43,081 bases of DNA from a virus (taxonomy: Duplodnaviria; Caudoviricetes). Of the stretch, positions 26,754-35,749 are shown piece after piece (positions within the stretch are counted from its first letter, which is position 1; every line of letters starts with the position of its first letter). Under the pieces are notes generated by a model. It did not search any database. It was given only the letters and a program-made list of their open reading frames with translations, and was not told where the DNA came from. The DNA is taken from the IMG/VR virus record IMGVR_UViG_3300046057_000035, positions 1 through 43,081 of that record; one strand, given 5' to 3'. Both the position numbers and the translations under genes were made by a program.

Positions 26754-27555
26754 CGCGGAGAGCGGGGTCGATGTCAGGGTCGACGTCAGCGGCCGTCTCG
26801 GGCGCATCCTCGCCTGGCGCGGCCTCCTTCTCCGGAGCCTCGGGGTCGGCGATGAGGTCGGCCGCCTCGGCCTCGCGCGCGGACTGGGCGAGCTGCCCGG
26901 CCTTGTCCGACAGGCGAAAATCGAAGCGTTCAGCGAAGTCGAGCACGGCCTCGTACGCTTCCGCAGGCACGACGACGTTCGGTTTGTCGTATCGACTGCC
27001 CGGCAGCTCGCGGGCCTCGTCGTAGAGGTCGTCCACGTCCCGGTCCCACCGAACCACAAACCAGCCCTCGTAGTCTCCGCTCGTTCGGGCGAGGACCCAC
27101 CGCGTGTGCTCCGGCTCGTACTCTTCGTCGCGCACCGCCTCGGCGAGGTCCTCGTGAGGCAGTTTACACGCAAAACCAGCTGCCAAAATCTCGCAGCAGA
27201 GCTCGACGCACCGATCTCGCATCGAGCCGTGCCAGTGGCGAAGCGCTCGCTCCCAGCGCTTCTCGCCGCGGTTCCAGCTCATGTTTTGCCGGTGCATCGC
27301 ATCGCGAAAGGCGTCGCTGTACTCCGGCAGACGGGCGTAGAGGGTCGACTCCCCGACCCACACCTCGGCGGGTACGTCGATCTGCTCCTCGCTCTCGGGA
27401 CGCAGAGTCGTACCCTCGCCCATCAGGTCGAAGGGGCGGAGGGTGTGCTCGATCTTCTGGCAGATGGCGTCGCTGCGAGCGATCGCCTGCAGGAGCGTCT
27501 CCGGCTGCATGCCTAGCTCATCGGCCAGATCGGCAAGGCGGTCGGGAAGCGTCAT
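26743..27555 (-). CDS. SNF2-associated protein with HARP-like segments
   Basis: LPEYSDAFRDAM..MSWNRGEKRW and LYDEARELPGSRY segments; overlaps the SNF2 start. Confidence 0.55.
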   Translation of the reverse strand: MTLPDRLADLADELGMQPETLLQAIARSDAICQKIEHTLRPFDLMGEGTTLRPESEEQIDVPAEVWVGESTLYARLPEYSDAFRDAMHRQNMSWNRGEKRWERALRHWHGSMRDRCVELCCEILAAGFACKLPHEDLAEAVRDEEYEPEHTRWVLARTSGDYEGWFVVRWDRDVDDLYDEARELPGSRYDKPNVVVPAEAYEAVLDFAERFDFRLSDKAGQLAQSAREAEAADLIADPEAPEKEAAPGEDAPETAADVDPDIDPALRDDG

Positions 27556-27614
27556 TGAGCCTGTTTAAACGTGTGCTCCGTGTAGTGTACAAAACGCCTT
27601 TTCCTGAGCGGACG

Positions 27615-28271
27615 TCACCCGTCCGGGGTCGGCTCGAAGAGGGCCTCCTCGATGTCCTGGCGCCCCCGCTCCATGTCGTCGTAGCCCGCCTCTGCAGACC
27701 ACTCCAGCGAGAGCATAAACAGCTGGTCGGAGCCCAGAGCTGAGGGGTCCTCTACGCCGTCCGCCTCCATCCACTCGCGGGCGAACGCTTTCACGTCAGA
27801 GGTCGGCTTTTCGCCCGCCTCGAACCGCTTGCGCGCCCGCTTTCGCACCAGCCGCTTTAGCGACCGGTCGCGGTGGTCAATCCACCACCCGGCATCGGTC
27901 TCCGTGCGGGCCTTCTCAAGCTCCTCCAGAAGCAGGCCTTTCACGACGCGCCGGTCTTCCTCGTCTGGGTCTATGCCGCGGAGCTCTTCTTCGAGTTCGT
28001 CCAGGTCTTCAATCTTCTCATCCCGGATCGACTCGGCCCAGCCGATCTGCTTCTCTGAGCCCTCCAAGTCAGGAAGACCCCGCTCCGCGTTGCGCTCCGC
28101 CGCGGCCGCATTTTTCTGCTCGCGCTCGGCCTCCTTGCAGGTGTCGCACATCCAGTCGTAGTTTTCGAGCTTCCACTCGCGTGTGTCGTGCGAGCCGTAC
28201 AGCTGGACGCGAAAAGTGCCTTCGCAGTCATCAGAGATGCCGGAAGTGCATTCGACTTCGTATTTGGCCAT
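27615..28271 (-). CDS. Conserved phage protein with Zn-ribbon-like N-terminus and LPxLxGSEKQIxWA motif
   Basis: C..C..CDTC N-terminus; GLPDLEGSEKQIGWAESIR. Confidence 0.7.
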   Translation of the reverse strand: MAKYEVECTSGISDDCEGTFRVQLYGSHDTREWKLENYDWMCDTCKEAEREQKNAAAAERNAERGLPDLEGSEKQIGWAESIRDEKIEDLDELEEELRGIDPDEEDRRVVKGLLLEELEKARTETDAGWWIDHRDRSLKRLVRKRARKRFEAGEKPTSDVKAFAREWMEADGVEDPSALGSDQLFMLSLEWSAEAGYDDMERGRQDIEEALFEPTPDG

Positions 28272-28298
28272 GGGGCTGAGCTGTTACTTGTCGGGAAG

Positions 28299-29303
28299 TT
28301 ACTGGGAGGCAGTTTTGAAGAAAAGGGCGCGGAGGTCCTCCACGTTCGTGACGGGGAGCTCATCGCCAACCTGAACCGCGTAGCCCAGGTCGAGAGCAGC
28401 TTCCAGAGCGTCAACCGAGTAGCGCCACCCACCGTTGCTCCAAAACATGTCCATCTGCTCTAAGTCCTCGTTCGACCAGTACCACGCGCCTGCGTCTTTC
28501 AGCTCATTCCACTCGTCTTTTGGGATGCGGCGGTGCATCAGAAACGCGCCGCCCTGCGGGGCTGCCCGGTTGAGCACAACGTCCGAAAGATCTTTGTCGT
28601 GCGGTCGCAGCTCGCAGTGAAAGCGGAGAATCTCCCGCCCGTCGGCGGCTTCCTGCTCAGCCTCTCGGCGCTTCCGTTCCTCGCGCTCTTTTCTTTCTTG
28701 CTCTTTGCGCTCCCGCTCTTTTTTCTCATCGGCGCGGCGAAGGATTTCGCCTGCCGTGGTTTCGCAGTATCCGCCGCCGTCCCACTCGGGCTCATACTCG
28801 AACTCTTCTCCGACCCCAACGCCGTCATCGAGGGTTGAAAGAAGGTGGTTCAGGCACTCTCGCACATCTTCATCTTCAACGCTTCGGGCGTGGTAGTAGG
28901 TACCTCGACCAAAGGAGCGGTCGATCTTCACTTCAGCGTCGGAATGCTCCTGGATCTTAGCCCGTGCAGACTCGAACTTTTCTCGTTGCGCGGCCTCCTT
29001 GTACTCCTCAAACTCTTCCTTCCACTCACGGTCGAGCTTGATGGCCACATCGTCCATGTCGAGGCCAAACACCTGCTCGACGTAGGAGCTGGTAAGTCGG
29101 AGAACAGGCGTGGGGTCGCTCACCTCGCTCACGACATCGAGGTAAGCGCGGCCCGGTCTCTCCAGGTCGATCTTTTCTCCATCTCGTCGGAGCTCAATGT
29201 CTGGTTTTTTCACGGTGCTGACTTTCTTCAATCCAATGACGCGCACTTCAATTGAGTCGAGGTCGTCGGACTCTGGGGTGGCGGTGTAGACAAGATCATC
29301 CAT
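28299..29303 (-). CDS. Hypothetical protein
   Basis: 334-aa acidic ORF with central charged coiled coil. Confidence 0.75.
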   Translation of the reverse strand: MDDLVYTATPESDDLDSIEVRVIGLKKVSTVKKPDIELRRDGEKIDLERPGRAYLDVVSEVSDPTPVLRLTSSYVEQVFGLDMDDVAIKLDREWKEEFEEYKEAAQREKFESARAKIQEHSDAEVKIDRSFGRGTYYHARSVEDEDVRECLNHLLSTLDDGVGVGEEFEYEPEWDGGGYCETTAGEILRRADEKKERERKEQERKEREERKRREAEQEAADGREILRFHCELRPHDKDLSDVVLNRAAPQGGAFLMHRRIPKDEWNELKDAGAWYWSNEDLEQMDMFWSNGGWRYSVDALEAALDLGYAVQVGDELPVTNVEDLRALFFKTASQ

Positions 29304-29354
29304 GGGGCTGTAGGTTTTGTGAGCGTGCTTTCCAGGTGAGGTGGGGCAGGCGTC

Positions 29355-30059
29355 TTACAAGAGATCATCTTCGATGCACACGAGCGCCGAGCCCCACACC
29401 TCCGCAAAACGCTCGTCCGGGTTTCCGTAAAACGGCGCGCAGCGCTCAAAGTCGCGGATAAACGCCCAGATGTGATCAGGGCCGTGCATCTCGCGGAAGG
29501 AGTAGAAGTGGTGCTCGACGCGCTCCTCACCGCGACTTTGCGGGAGGTCCATCTCAAGGATGCCGATGTGCCACCTCGTGCGCCCCTCATTACGAGCGTT
29601 CACGACGCGCTTCAGAGCGATGCGGCCGGTGTGAGCCCCGTGACCATATGAGTACGTCCCGACCTCGCCGTTATCGACGTAAAGCTCCGTGCGCTCCATC
29701 TCATCCGGATCGGCTTCTCCGTGAAACAGCACGTTCGGCCCGCGGTGAGTCACACGCTTCTCGATGCGGGCCATCGAGAGCCCAAGGGAAGGGCGCTCCG
29801 GCTGGGTGTGCGATGCCAAGTACTCATCCGGGTCGAGGCCTACCGCTTCCAGCTCGCGGATGAGGTTTTCGCGACTCGCCTCATGGGCCTCTCCGTTCTT
29901 CTCGTAGCGGTAATATTTGCTGTGCTCTTGGATGCCGATCTCAATGCGACCGGCGTCTTTCAGGGCGTCGAACGCGGCTTCAATTTCGCCGAATGTGAGT
30001 GGGCGCTCGTCGGTGTCGGGTGCTGTAGTAGCTGGCATGGGTAGGTACTGCTCTGTCAT
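29355..30059 (-). CDS. Hypothetical protein
   Basis: Acidic ORF; start placed at MTEQ (alternative 30038) to avoid overlap with the upstream gene. Confidence 0.7.
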   Translation of the reverse strand: MTEQYLPMPATTAPDTDERPLTFGEIEAAFDALKDAGRIEIGIQEHSKYYRYEKNGEAHEASRENLIRELEAVGLDPDEYLASHTQPERPSLGLSMARIEKRVTHRGPNVLFHGEADPDEMERTELYVDNGEVGTYSYGHGAHTGRIALKRVVNARNEGRTRWHIGILEMDLPQSRGEERVEHHFYSFREMHGPDHIWAFIRDFERCAPFYGNPDERFAEVWGSALVCIEDDLL

Positions 30060-30078
30060 GAGAGAGTGAGAAGCGAAT

Positions 30079-30543
30079 CTAAGCAAGAGCCTGCTTAAAG
30101 GCCTCTGCGACGGCGCGCTTCTTCTTACGGACATCGTCCCGGACTCTGGGATCGACGCCCTTGTACACGTCGAGTCGGCTGTGTACCTCTCCGTCGGCAT
30201 CGGCCCATACGTCAAACTGTGCGGACTCTTTTACCTCATACCGCTGGCCAGTCCACACCGCTTTGTAATCCTCACTGTTGGCTTCGAAGGTAATTGGCTC
30301 TCGCGCGTCTTCGGCTCGGTCGGTGATCGACACGATCTCATCGCGCTTGAAGCGCATTGTGCCCTTCTTCGCCGTATCGACCATTACGCCGCTCTCCTTG
30401 ATCTCCACGACCTCACCTTCAAAGTCGTGGCTGGTGGTAGTGGTGACGGACGGATTTTCGGGGTGCGGGTCGCTGGGTGCCGGACCGGTCGCGTTGATCG
30501 TGCACTTTACCGTGTCTCCAACGTTGACATCGAGCGTGTCCAT
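30079..30543 (-). CDS. Hypothetical protein (SH3/Sm-like beta N-terminus)
   Basis: VNVGDTVK...FEGEVVEIKESGVMV; first gene after a promoter-like gap. Confidence 0.7.
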   Translation of the reverse strand: MDTLDVNVGDTVKCTINATGPAPSDPHPENPSVTTTTSHDFEGEVVEIKESGVMVDTAKKGTMRFKRDEIVSITDRAEDAREPITFEANSEDYKAVWTGQRYEVKESAQFDVWADADGEVHSRLDVYKGVDPRVRDDVRKKKRAVAEAFKQALA

Positions 30544-30599
30544 CGGTCTGTGTTGTTTGGTGAGCAGTTCGTCTCGTCCCCTCCCCGATTCTTCACCCT

Positions 30600-30620
30600 A
30601 TCATATAGCGCTGCGCTATA
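30600..30620 (-). promoter_or_regulatory. Palindromic operator overlapping a -10-like box
   Basis: TATAGCG-ctg-CGCTATA (30604-30620) abutting minus-strand TATGAT (30605-30600), next to an XRE gene. Confidence 0.5.
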
Positions 30621-30662
30621 CATGATCCCGAGAAGAGGCGATAGATCGGATCTTTATACAGT

Positions 30663-30887
30663 CTACACTTTCTTGGCCTCCATGCGCTCTAGGGTGCGGA
30701 TAACCGCCTGCGTGGGCTCCCAGTGCCCATTCTCCAAGCGAGAAACGCGAACTTGCGCATCCGACTCGCCGCACGCGTACAGGTCCAGTCCGAACTCCGT
30801 CTGAGTCTGTCCGCGCTTCTTGCGGAGCCTGCGAATTCGATCAGGGGTCCACTTTCCATTCTGGCTCATCGTAGAAAGATCGCTCAT
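30663..30887 (-). CDS. XRE-family HTH regulator
   Basis: IRRLRKKRGQTQTEFG...VSRLENGHWEP. Confidence 0.85.
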   Translation of the reverse strand: MSDLSTMSQNGKWTPDRIRRLRKKRGQTQTEFGLDLYACGESDAQVRVSRLENGHWEPTQAVIRTLERMEAKKV

Positions 30888-31414
30888 CGTTGAAAGACCT
30901 GTTTGTGCTCGGCAATGCGCATCAGCTCGTCCGGAGTTTCGAAGTCTTGGTAGACCTGCCCGACCGCGCGGTTTACCTCAGCCTCGTCGTCATACGTTTC
31001 CAGACATTCAGCATAGGCCTTTCGGAGAAAGGGGTACATCTCGTCGTCGAGACCGAGCGCTCGGTTGTGTCGCACAGTACGACGACGGCCTTCGACGACG
31101 CAAAGCTGCAGCAGGTTTCCCTCCCCCTCGATGAAGCGTTGGCGGTACTTTCCGTCATACTGGTACGGGTTCAGCGAGCCGTCTAAACAGCCCCACTTCT
31201 CCCAGCACACAAGCACGAAAGGAACGGACCGGACAGAGACGACACCCACCTGGAGGTTGCGTCTTTGAAACGTGCGAAGGTCCGCGTCACGAAGCTCTGA
31301 CAGGACGATGGGGACAAGCAGTGTCCGGTCGGCCAAAAGCGGGAAAAGTCCCTCCTGGCCGCGGGGGAGGCGCTGAGGAAAAGGCTCTCCGACCTCGATT
31401 TGGACAGGCTCCAT
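30884..31414 (-). CDS. Hypothetical protein
   Basis: 176 aa, 4-nt overlap with the XRE gene. Confidence 0.7.
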   Translation of the reverse strand: MEPVQIEVGEPFPQRLPRGQEGLFPLLADRTLLVPIVLSELRDADLRTFQRRNLQVGVVSVRSVPFVLVCWEKWGCLDGSLNPYQYDGKYRQRFIEGEGNLLQLCVVEGRRRTVRHNRALGLDDEMYPFLRKAYAECLETYDDEAEVNRAVGQVYQDFETPDELMRIAEHKQVFQR

Positions 31415-31569
31415 TGCATTTGCTCTTTTTAGAGGTGCGCTCGTGTATATATAGGAACGCTATAGCACAGTTTCAAGTACCTTGCTTCGAATTGGAAAAA
31501 ACGCGGCCCCCGGCCCTCCAGTCGGAAAGTTGCCCGTGTCAGGTTGCATCTCGTTGAGGAAGATTTTCC

Positions 31570-32199
31570 CTACTGTGAACGATTTTGCCCAATCATATTC
31601 TCGGTTGCCATTACGATCTTCTCCCCCAGCTTCCAGCTCTCAAGAAGCTCGATAGGTGTAGGATCGACAGTCAACTCGTCAGCGATCTTATCGAATAGAG
31701 CGTTGAGCGTAGATGCGTTCAACCCATATGTCCCCATGCCAAAGCCCGCGGCGAAACCCGCCGCCGCGCCACCGACCTGAGCGAGCTGCTTGAGTGATTG
31801 ATAGGAGGGCTCTTTCACGTTCCATGCCTGGAGACTATCCCGGACGTATCGCTGTGCCTTTTCTTGGTCATATTTGAGAGTCACCCGCTGGCGGTCGATC
31901 GGCTTGCCACTGGTCAGCATCGCTGGGGCACGCAGATACACATCGATTCTCACGACCATAGAGTCCCCAGATATGTGCCGCTGCTCATTCGTCAACCACA
32001 GGGAATAATGTTCCCCAACCTCCATCTCGCTAAGCTGAGGATGCCTCTGAACATGCTGTAAGACACCGTGCTTGATAGCCGCAAGCTCTCTTTTTTCTTC
32101 AACCTGCGTTTTCACATCCAACTTGTACTGTGCCTCCGAGGGCACTGGAAGCAGTAGCAGGACACATGAAATTAGCCAGCTCCAGAAAAATCGGTACAT
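31570..32199 (-). CDS. Exported protein with signal peptide
   Basis: MYRFFWSWLISCVLLLLPVPSEA-Q; Gly/Ala-rich hydrophobic stretch near the C-terminus. Confidence 0.7.
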   Translation of the reverse strand: MYRFFWSWLISCVLLLLPVPSEAQYKLDVKTQVEEKRELAAIKHGVLQHVQRHPQLSEMEVGEHYSLWLTNEQRHISGDSMVVRIDVYLRAPAMLTSGKPIDRQRVTLKYDQEKAQRYVRDSLQAWNVKEPSYQSLKQLAQVGGAAAGFAAGFGMGTYGLNASTLNALFDKIADELTVDPTPIELLESWKLGEKIVMATENMIGQNRSQ

Positions 32200-32301
32200 G
32201 GAAGCCTTGAATTTCTAAATTGTCGATTCAAAGGCACATCCGCTCTCCGTTTTCCCAATTGCGCTGGACAACTTCGCTTCATCATCAAAGGCTCTCGCAC
32301 A

Positions 32302-32514
32302 TTAAAGGCTCTCGCAGGCAATCCCGTCATTGTCCCCGTCTAATCGATGCGGATCACCCGGCTGGTGACGCTCAAAGAACTGCTGGGCTGCCTCGTGAGA
32401 ACTGAAGTCCGAGCAGTTTCTATCAGGCACGCTTTGAGTGGCAGAATTCGAGGAACTCGTGGACACGCAGCCAACGAGCACGAATGCCGATGACAGAATT
32501 AAAAGATGTCGCAT
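32302..32514 (-). CDS. Lipoprotein with Excalibur Ca-binding domain
   Basis: Lipobox LVGC; DRNCSDF...[11 protein letters not shown]. Confidence 0.8.
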   Translation of the reverse strand: MRHLLILSSAFVLVGCVSTSSSNSATQSVPDRNCSDFSSHEAAQQFFERHQPGDPHRLDGDNDGIACESL

Positions 32515-33199
32515 CTCTTATTTGACTGTCTTGAGAGGTAGTGTTCGACGTACTGCCACCACCCGGCAAACTTTCACACGCTACCCCATCGCCATCCCCG
32601 TCCAGTCCATGGGAATCACCAAGTTGATTTTGGAAGAAGCGCTGAGCTTCCGACTGCGTCGAGAAGTCGCTACAATTCCGGTCCTGGGTTGAGGTCTTCT
32701 TTTGCTCCGACGTTTCGTCCCGCCACTCCCACGGCGACACCGGTACCACTCGGGACCAGAGCCCACGCTCGGCATTCCGCGCCTGTCGCTCAAGGCGAGC
32801 GTATTCAGTGGCATTAGGGGCGTACTGTTCATAATGCCACGCTAAGCCCTCCTCAATCAGCATGGCCCCGAGGTCCCCGCCTCTTACCTCAATCTGGGCC
32901 ACAGCCCGCCCGTAGCGGCCCATCTCCTCCACAGAAACGCGAACGGTAGAGCCTTGGGCGAGCTGGCGCACCCGGTTCGTGGCGTCGTTCCCATACGGCT
33001 GAAGATGTTCAGGCGCGTCGGTGCCCCAGAGGCGAACGGTGAACGTTTGGCCCTTCGAGACGCGAACGTCATAGGTGTCTCCATCCGTGACGGTCTGGAC
33101 GCGTGCCGTATACGTCTGGCCGGGCTGCTGGGCTGAAGCTGGTAGCGTGAGCGCGCAGAGCAGAGCAGTGAAGAGACTAGCACGTAGAAGCTTCACCAT
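32423..33199 (-). CDS. Secreted thermonuclease (SNase-like) with Excalibur domain
   Basis: Signal peptide; [28 protein letters not shown]; DRNCSDF...[11 protein letters not shown]. Confidence 0.9.
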   Translation of the reverse strand: MVKLLRASLFTALLCALTLPASAQQPGQTYTARVQTVTDGDTYDVRVSKGQTFTVRLWGTDAPEHLQPYGNDATNRVRQLAQGSTVRVSVEEMGRYGRAVAQIEVRGGDLGAMLIEEGLAWHYEQYAPNATEYARLERQARNAERGLWSRVVPVSPWEWRDETSEQKKTSTQDRNCSDFSTQSEAQRFFQNQLGDSHGLDGDGDGVACESLPGGGSTSNTTSQDSQIRDATSFNSVIGIRARWLRVHEFLEFCHSKRA

Positions 33200-33277
33200 C
33201 GGATAATGCACCTCATAGCGGCCATGTAAGCTGTGAGAGTCATACGAGCACGCGCCCTTGAGATAATCCCTGCAGGT

Positions 33278-33862
33278 TTAGATTTCCTCCTGCACTCCTT
33301 CAACAATCACGCGCTCTGCCTCATGCGTTGGCACACATGTGCGAGTCTGCGTTGCCCCAAAGTTGTTGGCCTTGATTTGCTGGGTATCAGAGCCGCCAGT
33401 ATTGAACCTCCACTGAGCCATCTGAACACCGCTTGTCCCAGTGGCCGTGACTACATACCGAACGTTGACCTGTACCTCCGTCTCTTGTTCTCTCACCTCT
33501 TGAACGGTCAGATTCATCCGGCCCTCTAGGTCCAAAGTCGCCCGGCGCTCGTCATACCATCCCACATAGTTCCCCTCATAGGACGGCGGACCATCTGTTG
33601 AAATCTCACCACATTCAATAAAGCGTCCCGGGTCCGAGGAAAATGACAGCGTCATGAGGCCCGACTCTTTTTCGTAGTTATCGATGGCGAAAAAGCGCTG
33701 GGATGTGAAGCTAATCAGTCCCTCCCACACGTCATCATACTCCTGATCGACCGCTACAGAGGTTTGACCAGCAGGCTCTGGGTCTGGTGCCGTATATTCC
33801 GGGGTGGTTACACCACACCCAAGAAAAAACACTGCTATGCCCAAGATTGTGGCGTAGCGCAT
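33278..33862 (-). CDS. Lipoprotein
   Basis: MRYATILGIAVFFLGC lipobox. Confidence 0.75.
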   Translation of the reverse strand: MRYATILGIAVFFLGCGVTTPEYTAPDPEPAGQTSVAVDQEYDDVWEGLISFTSQRFFAIDNYEKESGLMTLSFSSDPGRFIECGEISTDGPPSYEGNYVGWYDERRATLDLEGRMNLTVQEVREQETEVQVNVRYVVTATGTSGVQMAQWRFNTGGSDTQQIKANNFGATQTRTCVPTHEAERVIVEGVQEEI

Positions 33863-34037
33863 AAAGACGATGAGCGTTTGTCAACAGTCAAACCAGCACC
33901 CGCCCGATGATTGCAAAATCTGCACCCTCGTCTATGGCAATTTCAAAATCTTCGTACGCGTTGTTGTCGCTCACGACGCGAATGCGCCCGCCGAGGTGAG
34001 ACTGGAGGCGCTTAGCTGCGAGTGGGAGACCAGAGCT

Positions 34038-34415
34038 CTACGTCAGAATATGCCGCGCAAGAATGCGGCTCACTTTGGTGGGATCTACCTTTAGGCTGAG
34101 TTCCTGGTAGAAGGGCTCACTTCGGCCTTTTATCCAGAGCGTGAGCTCAGCGTCAGCGTCAAACGTGCCTGCGTTCTCCACCTCGAACCGCTCGACGCTG
34201 TCGTAGGGCACCGACTCGTAAGAGACCTTGCTCCCTATCATGCCCTGCTTGTCGACCAAGATCAGTCGTAGGTTTGTGAACACCATCAGATCGCGGTAGA
34301 TCACGAAGGCGGCGCTGATCAACTCTTCCTCTACAAGAATCGGCCCGAGGTCGTCACGAGCCTTTTCAGGCTTGATCTCAGAGACGCGACCTGTGATTGC
34401 ATCAAGAAGACCCAT
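34038..34415 (-). CDS. Bacterial PH domain protein
   Basis: MGLLDAITG...RDLMVFTNLRLILVDKQG..GSKVSYESVPY...FEVENAGTFDADAEL. Confidence 0.85.
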   Translation of the reverse strand: MGLLDAITGRVSEIKPEKARDDLGPILVEEELISAAFVIYRDLMVFTNLRLILVDKQGMIGSKVSYESVPYDSVERFEVENAGTFDADAELTLWIKGRSEPFYQELSLKVDPTKVSRILARHILT

Positions 34416-34521
34416 GGTGGCGCAGGGTTTTACGTGCAAACGTCAGTTCACGGTGGTCAGCTGCCCGTACTCCGCCCAAATCTCCGCGCTGTTTTGCCTG
34501 CAAGACGCACGCCATCGTGCT

Positions 34522-34962
34522 TCAAATGCCACTGAGCACCTGCGTTACGCGCGCGATGCACGTCCACTCCCATTCGTCGCGGTCGCCCTCCAGCTCGATC
34601 GTCGGGTAATCTTCATTGTCAGGGACAAGCCGTACCGTTTGAGCATCGACCCAATGCGCTCGCATGATGATCACGCCGCCGCGGCCGTTTGCCCACATAT
34701 AGACGGCCCCCTGCACAATTTGCCCTCCCTCCTCAATCTCAATCACGACGCGATCCTCGGCGTTAATCGTCCCAGCCATCGAGTCACCAGGCACCCGGGC
34801 AATCGCCTGCTCGCGGCTTTCGTCGACCGTCTTAATGAGCTTGTTGTCGACCGAGATCTGCTCGTCTACGTCTTCGGAGAGCGGCTTGTCGCCCTCCGCG
34901 ACTTTGGTAAGCTCATTTTCATCAAGAAGAGGAAGCTCCTCTGTGGCACTTGTTTCCATCAT
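34522..34962 (-). CDS. Stand-alone S24 peptidase-like domain, no HTH, catalytic Lys replaced
   Basis: VPGDSM retained; IIMR where the upstream paralog has LVKR; PDNEDYP. Confidence 0.75.
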   Translation of the reverse strand: MMETSATEELPLLDENELTKVAEGDKPLSEDVDEQISVDNKLIKTVDESREQAIARVPGDSMAGTINAEDRVVIEIEEGGQIVQGAVYMWANGRGGVIIMRAHWVDAQTVRLVPDNEDYPTIELEGDRDEWEWTCIARVTQVLSGI

Positions 34963-35633
34963 ATTGCTCTCATCACTCTAAATACGCGACCGATGGGTCT
35001 CCAGCTTGGGGCCTCAATGTCGCTTATGTGGATTTCTGGGCACTCGTCGTTGTCTGGCCGAAGAAGCAGGCTCCCATCATCTTGCCAGATCGCCCGCTTC
35101 ACAAGCACCCCGCGCTGGGCGTTTAGCCAGACGTAGACGCTTCCCTGCAGTATGCGATCTCCTTCTTGGTGGCGAACAATGATGATCTGATCTCCTGGAT
35201 TGATGGTGTCCGCCATGCTGTTTCCAGTGACCGTCATGATCGCCATCTGATCTGGATTCCCGCCGGACTGGGACCGTAAGATATCACGGTCTACGCCCAT
35301 GTAGCTCTCCACCTCAATTTTCCACGCCGCACCAGTCTCTGAAGCGTGGGCGTCTGCGTTCAGCAGCGGGAGCGACTGTTGAGCGCTGTCATTTTCCGGC
35401 TCGCTTGCCTCCCCCCTGTTTTGATCGTCAACGCGCTCGGGGAGGTCGTATAGCCCCTCCACCTCTTCTCCATTTCTAACTACCCGCTTCAACCGAGGGG
35501 GGTGCTCATCAGCCAGCTCAGAAAGCAGTGTACCGGCGTAGTTGGCCTTAATCGGTAGTTTCTCGGCTATATCATTTCGCCGGACCGGACCGTCCTCTCG
35601 CACGATCTCTACGATCTGCTCTTTCCTTGCCAT
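34959..35633 (-). CDS. CI/LexA-like repressor (wHTH + S24)
   Basis: N-terminal wHTH (RRNDIAEKL..KANYAGTLLSEL); VTGNSM and VKR catalytic motifs; divergent from a small regulator. Confidence 0.85.
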   Translation of the reverse strand: MARKEQIVEIVREDGPVRRNDIAEKLPIKANYAGTLLSELADEHPPRLKRVVRNGEEVEGLYDLPERVDDQNRGEASEPENDSAQQSLPLLNADAHASETGAAWKIEVESYMGVDRDILRSQSGGNPDQMAIMTVTGNSMADTINPGDQIIIVRHQEGDRILQGSVYVWLNAQRGVLVKRAIWQDDGSLLLRPDNDECPEIHISDIEAPSWRPIGRVFRVMRAI

Positions 35634-35749
35634 GGTACGTATCAGTACGATTCACGTAATCTATACTTTAAGTACTAGGTACGCAGGAACGTACGTACTG
35701 GTATACTGTCTAAGGTACCGCAAACGACGCAAACAGAATAAACACCACG
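35634..35749. promoter_or_regulatory. Divergent immunity/switch region with GTAC-rich operators
   Basis: AT-rich; seven GTAC tetramers in 35635-35718; TATACT at 35662 and 35702. Confidence 0.65.

Noticed and set aside
25221-27173. 650-aa N-terminally extended SNF2 as listed in the ORF track
   Set aside because: The first 140 residues are Arg/Pro/Ser-rich and overlap the real 26743..27555 gene; the start was moved to 26753
19293-29379. 19-nt near-match GAGATCATCTTCGRTGCAC at about 19293 and 29361
   Set aside because: Both copies are inside unrelated coding regions encoding C(T/I)EDDL; a single match like this is plausibly chance
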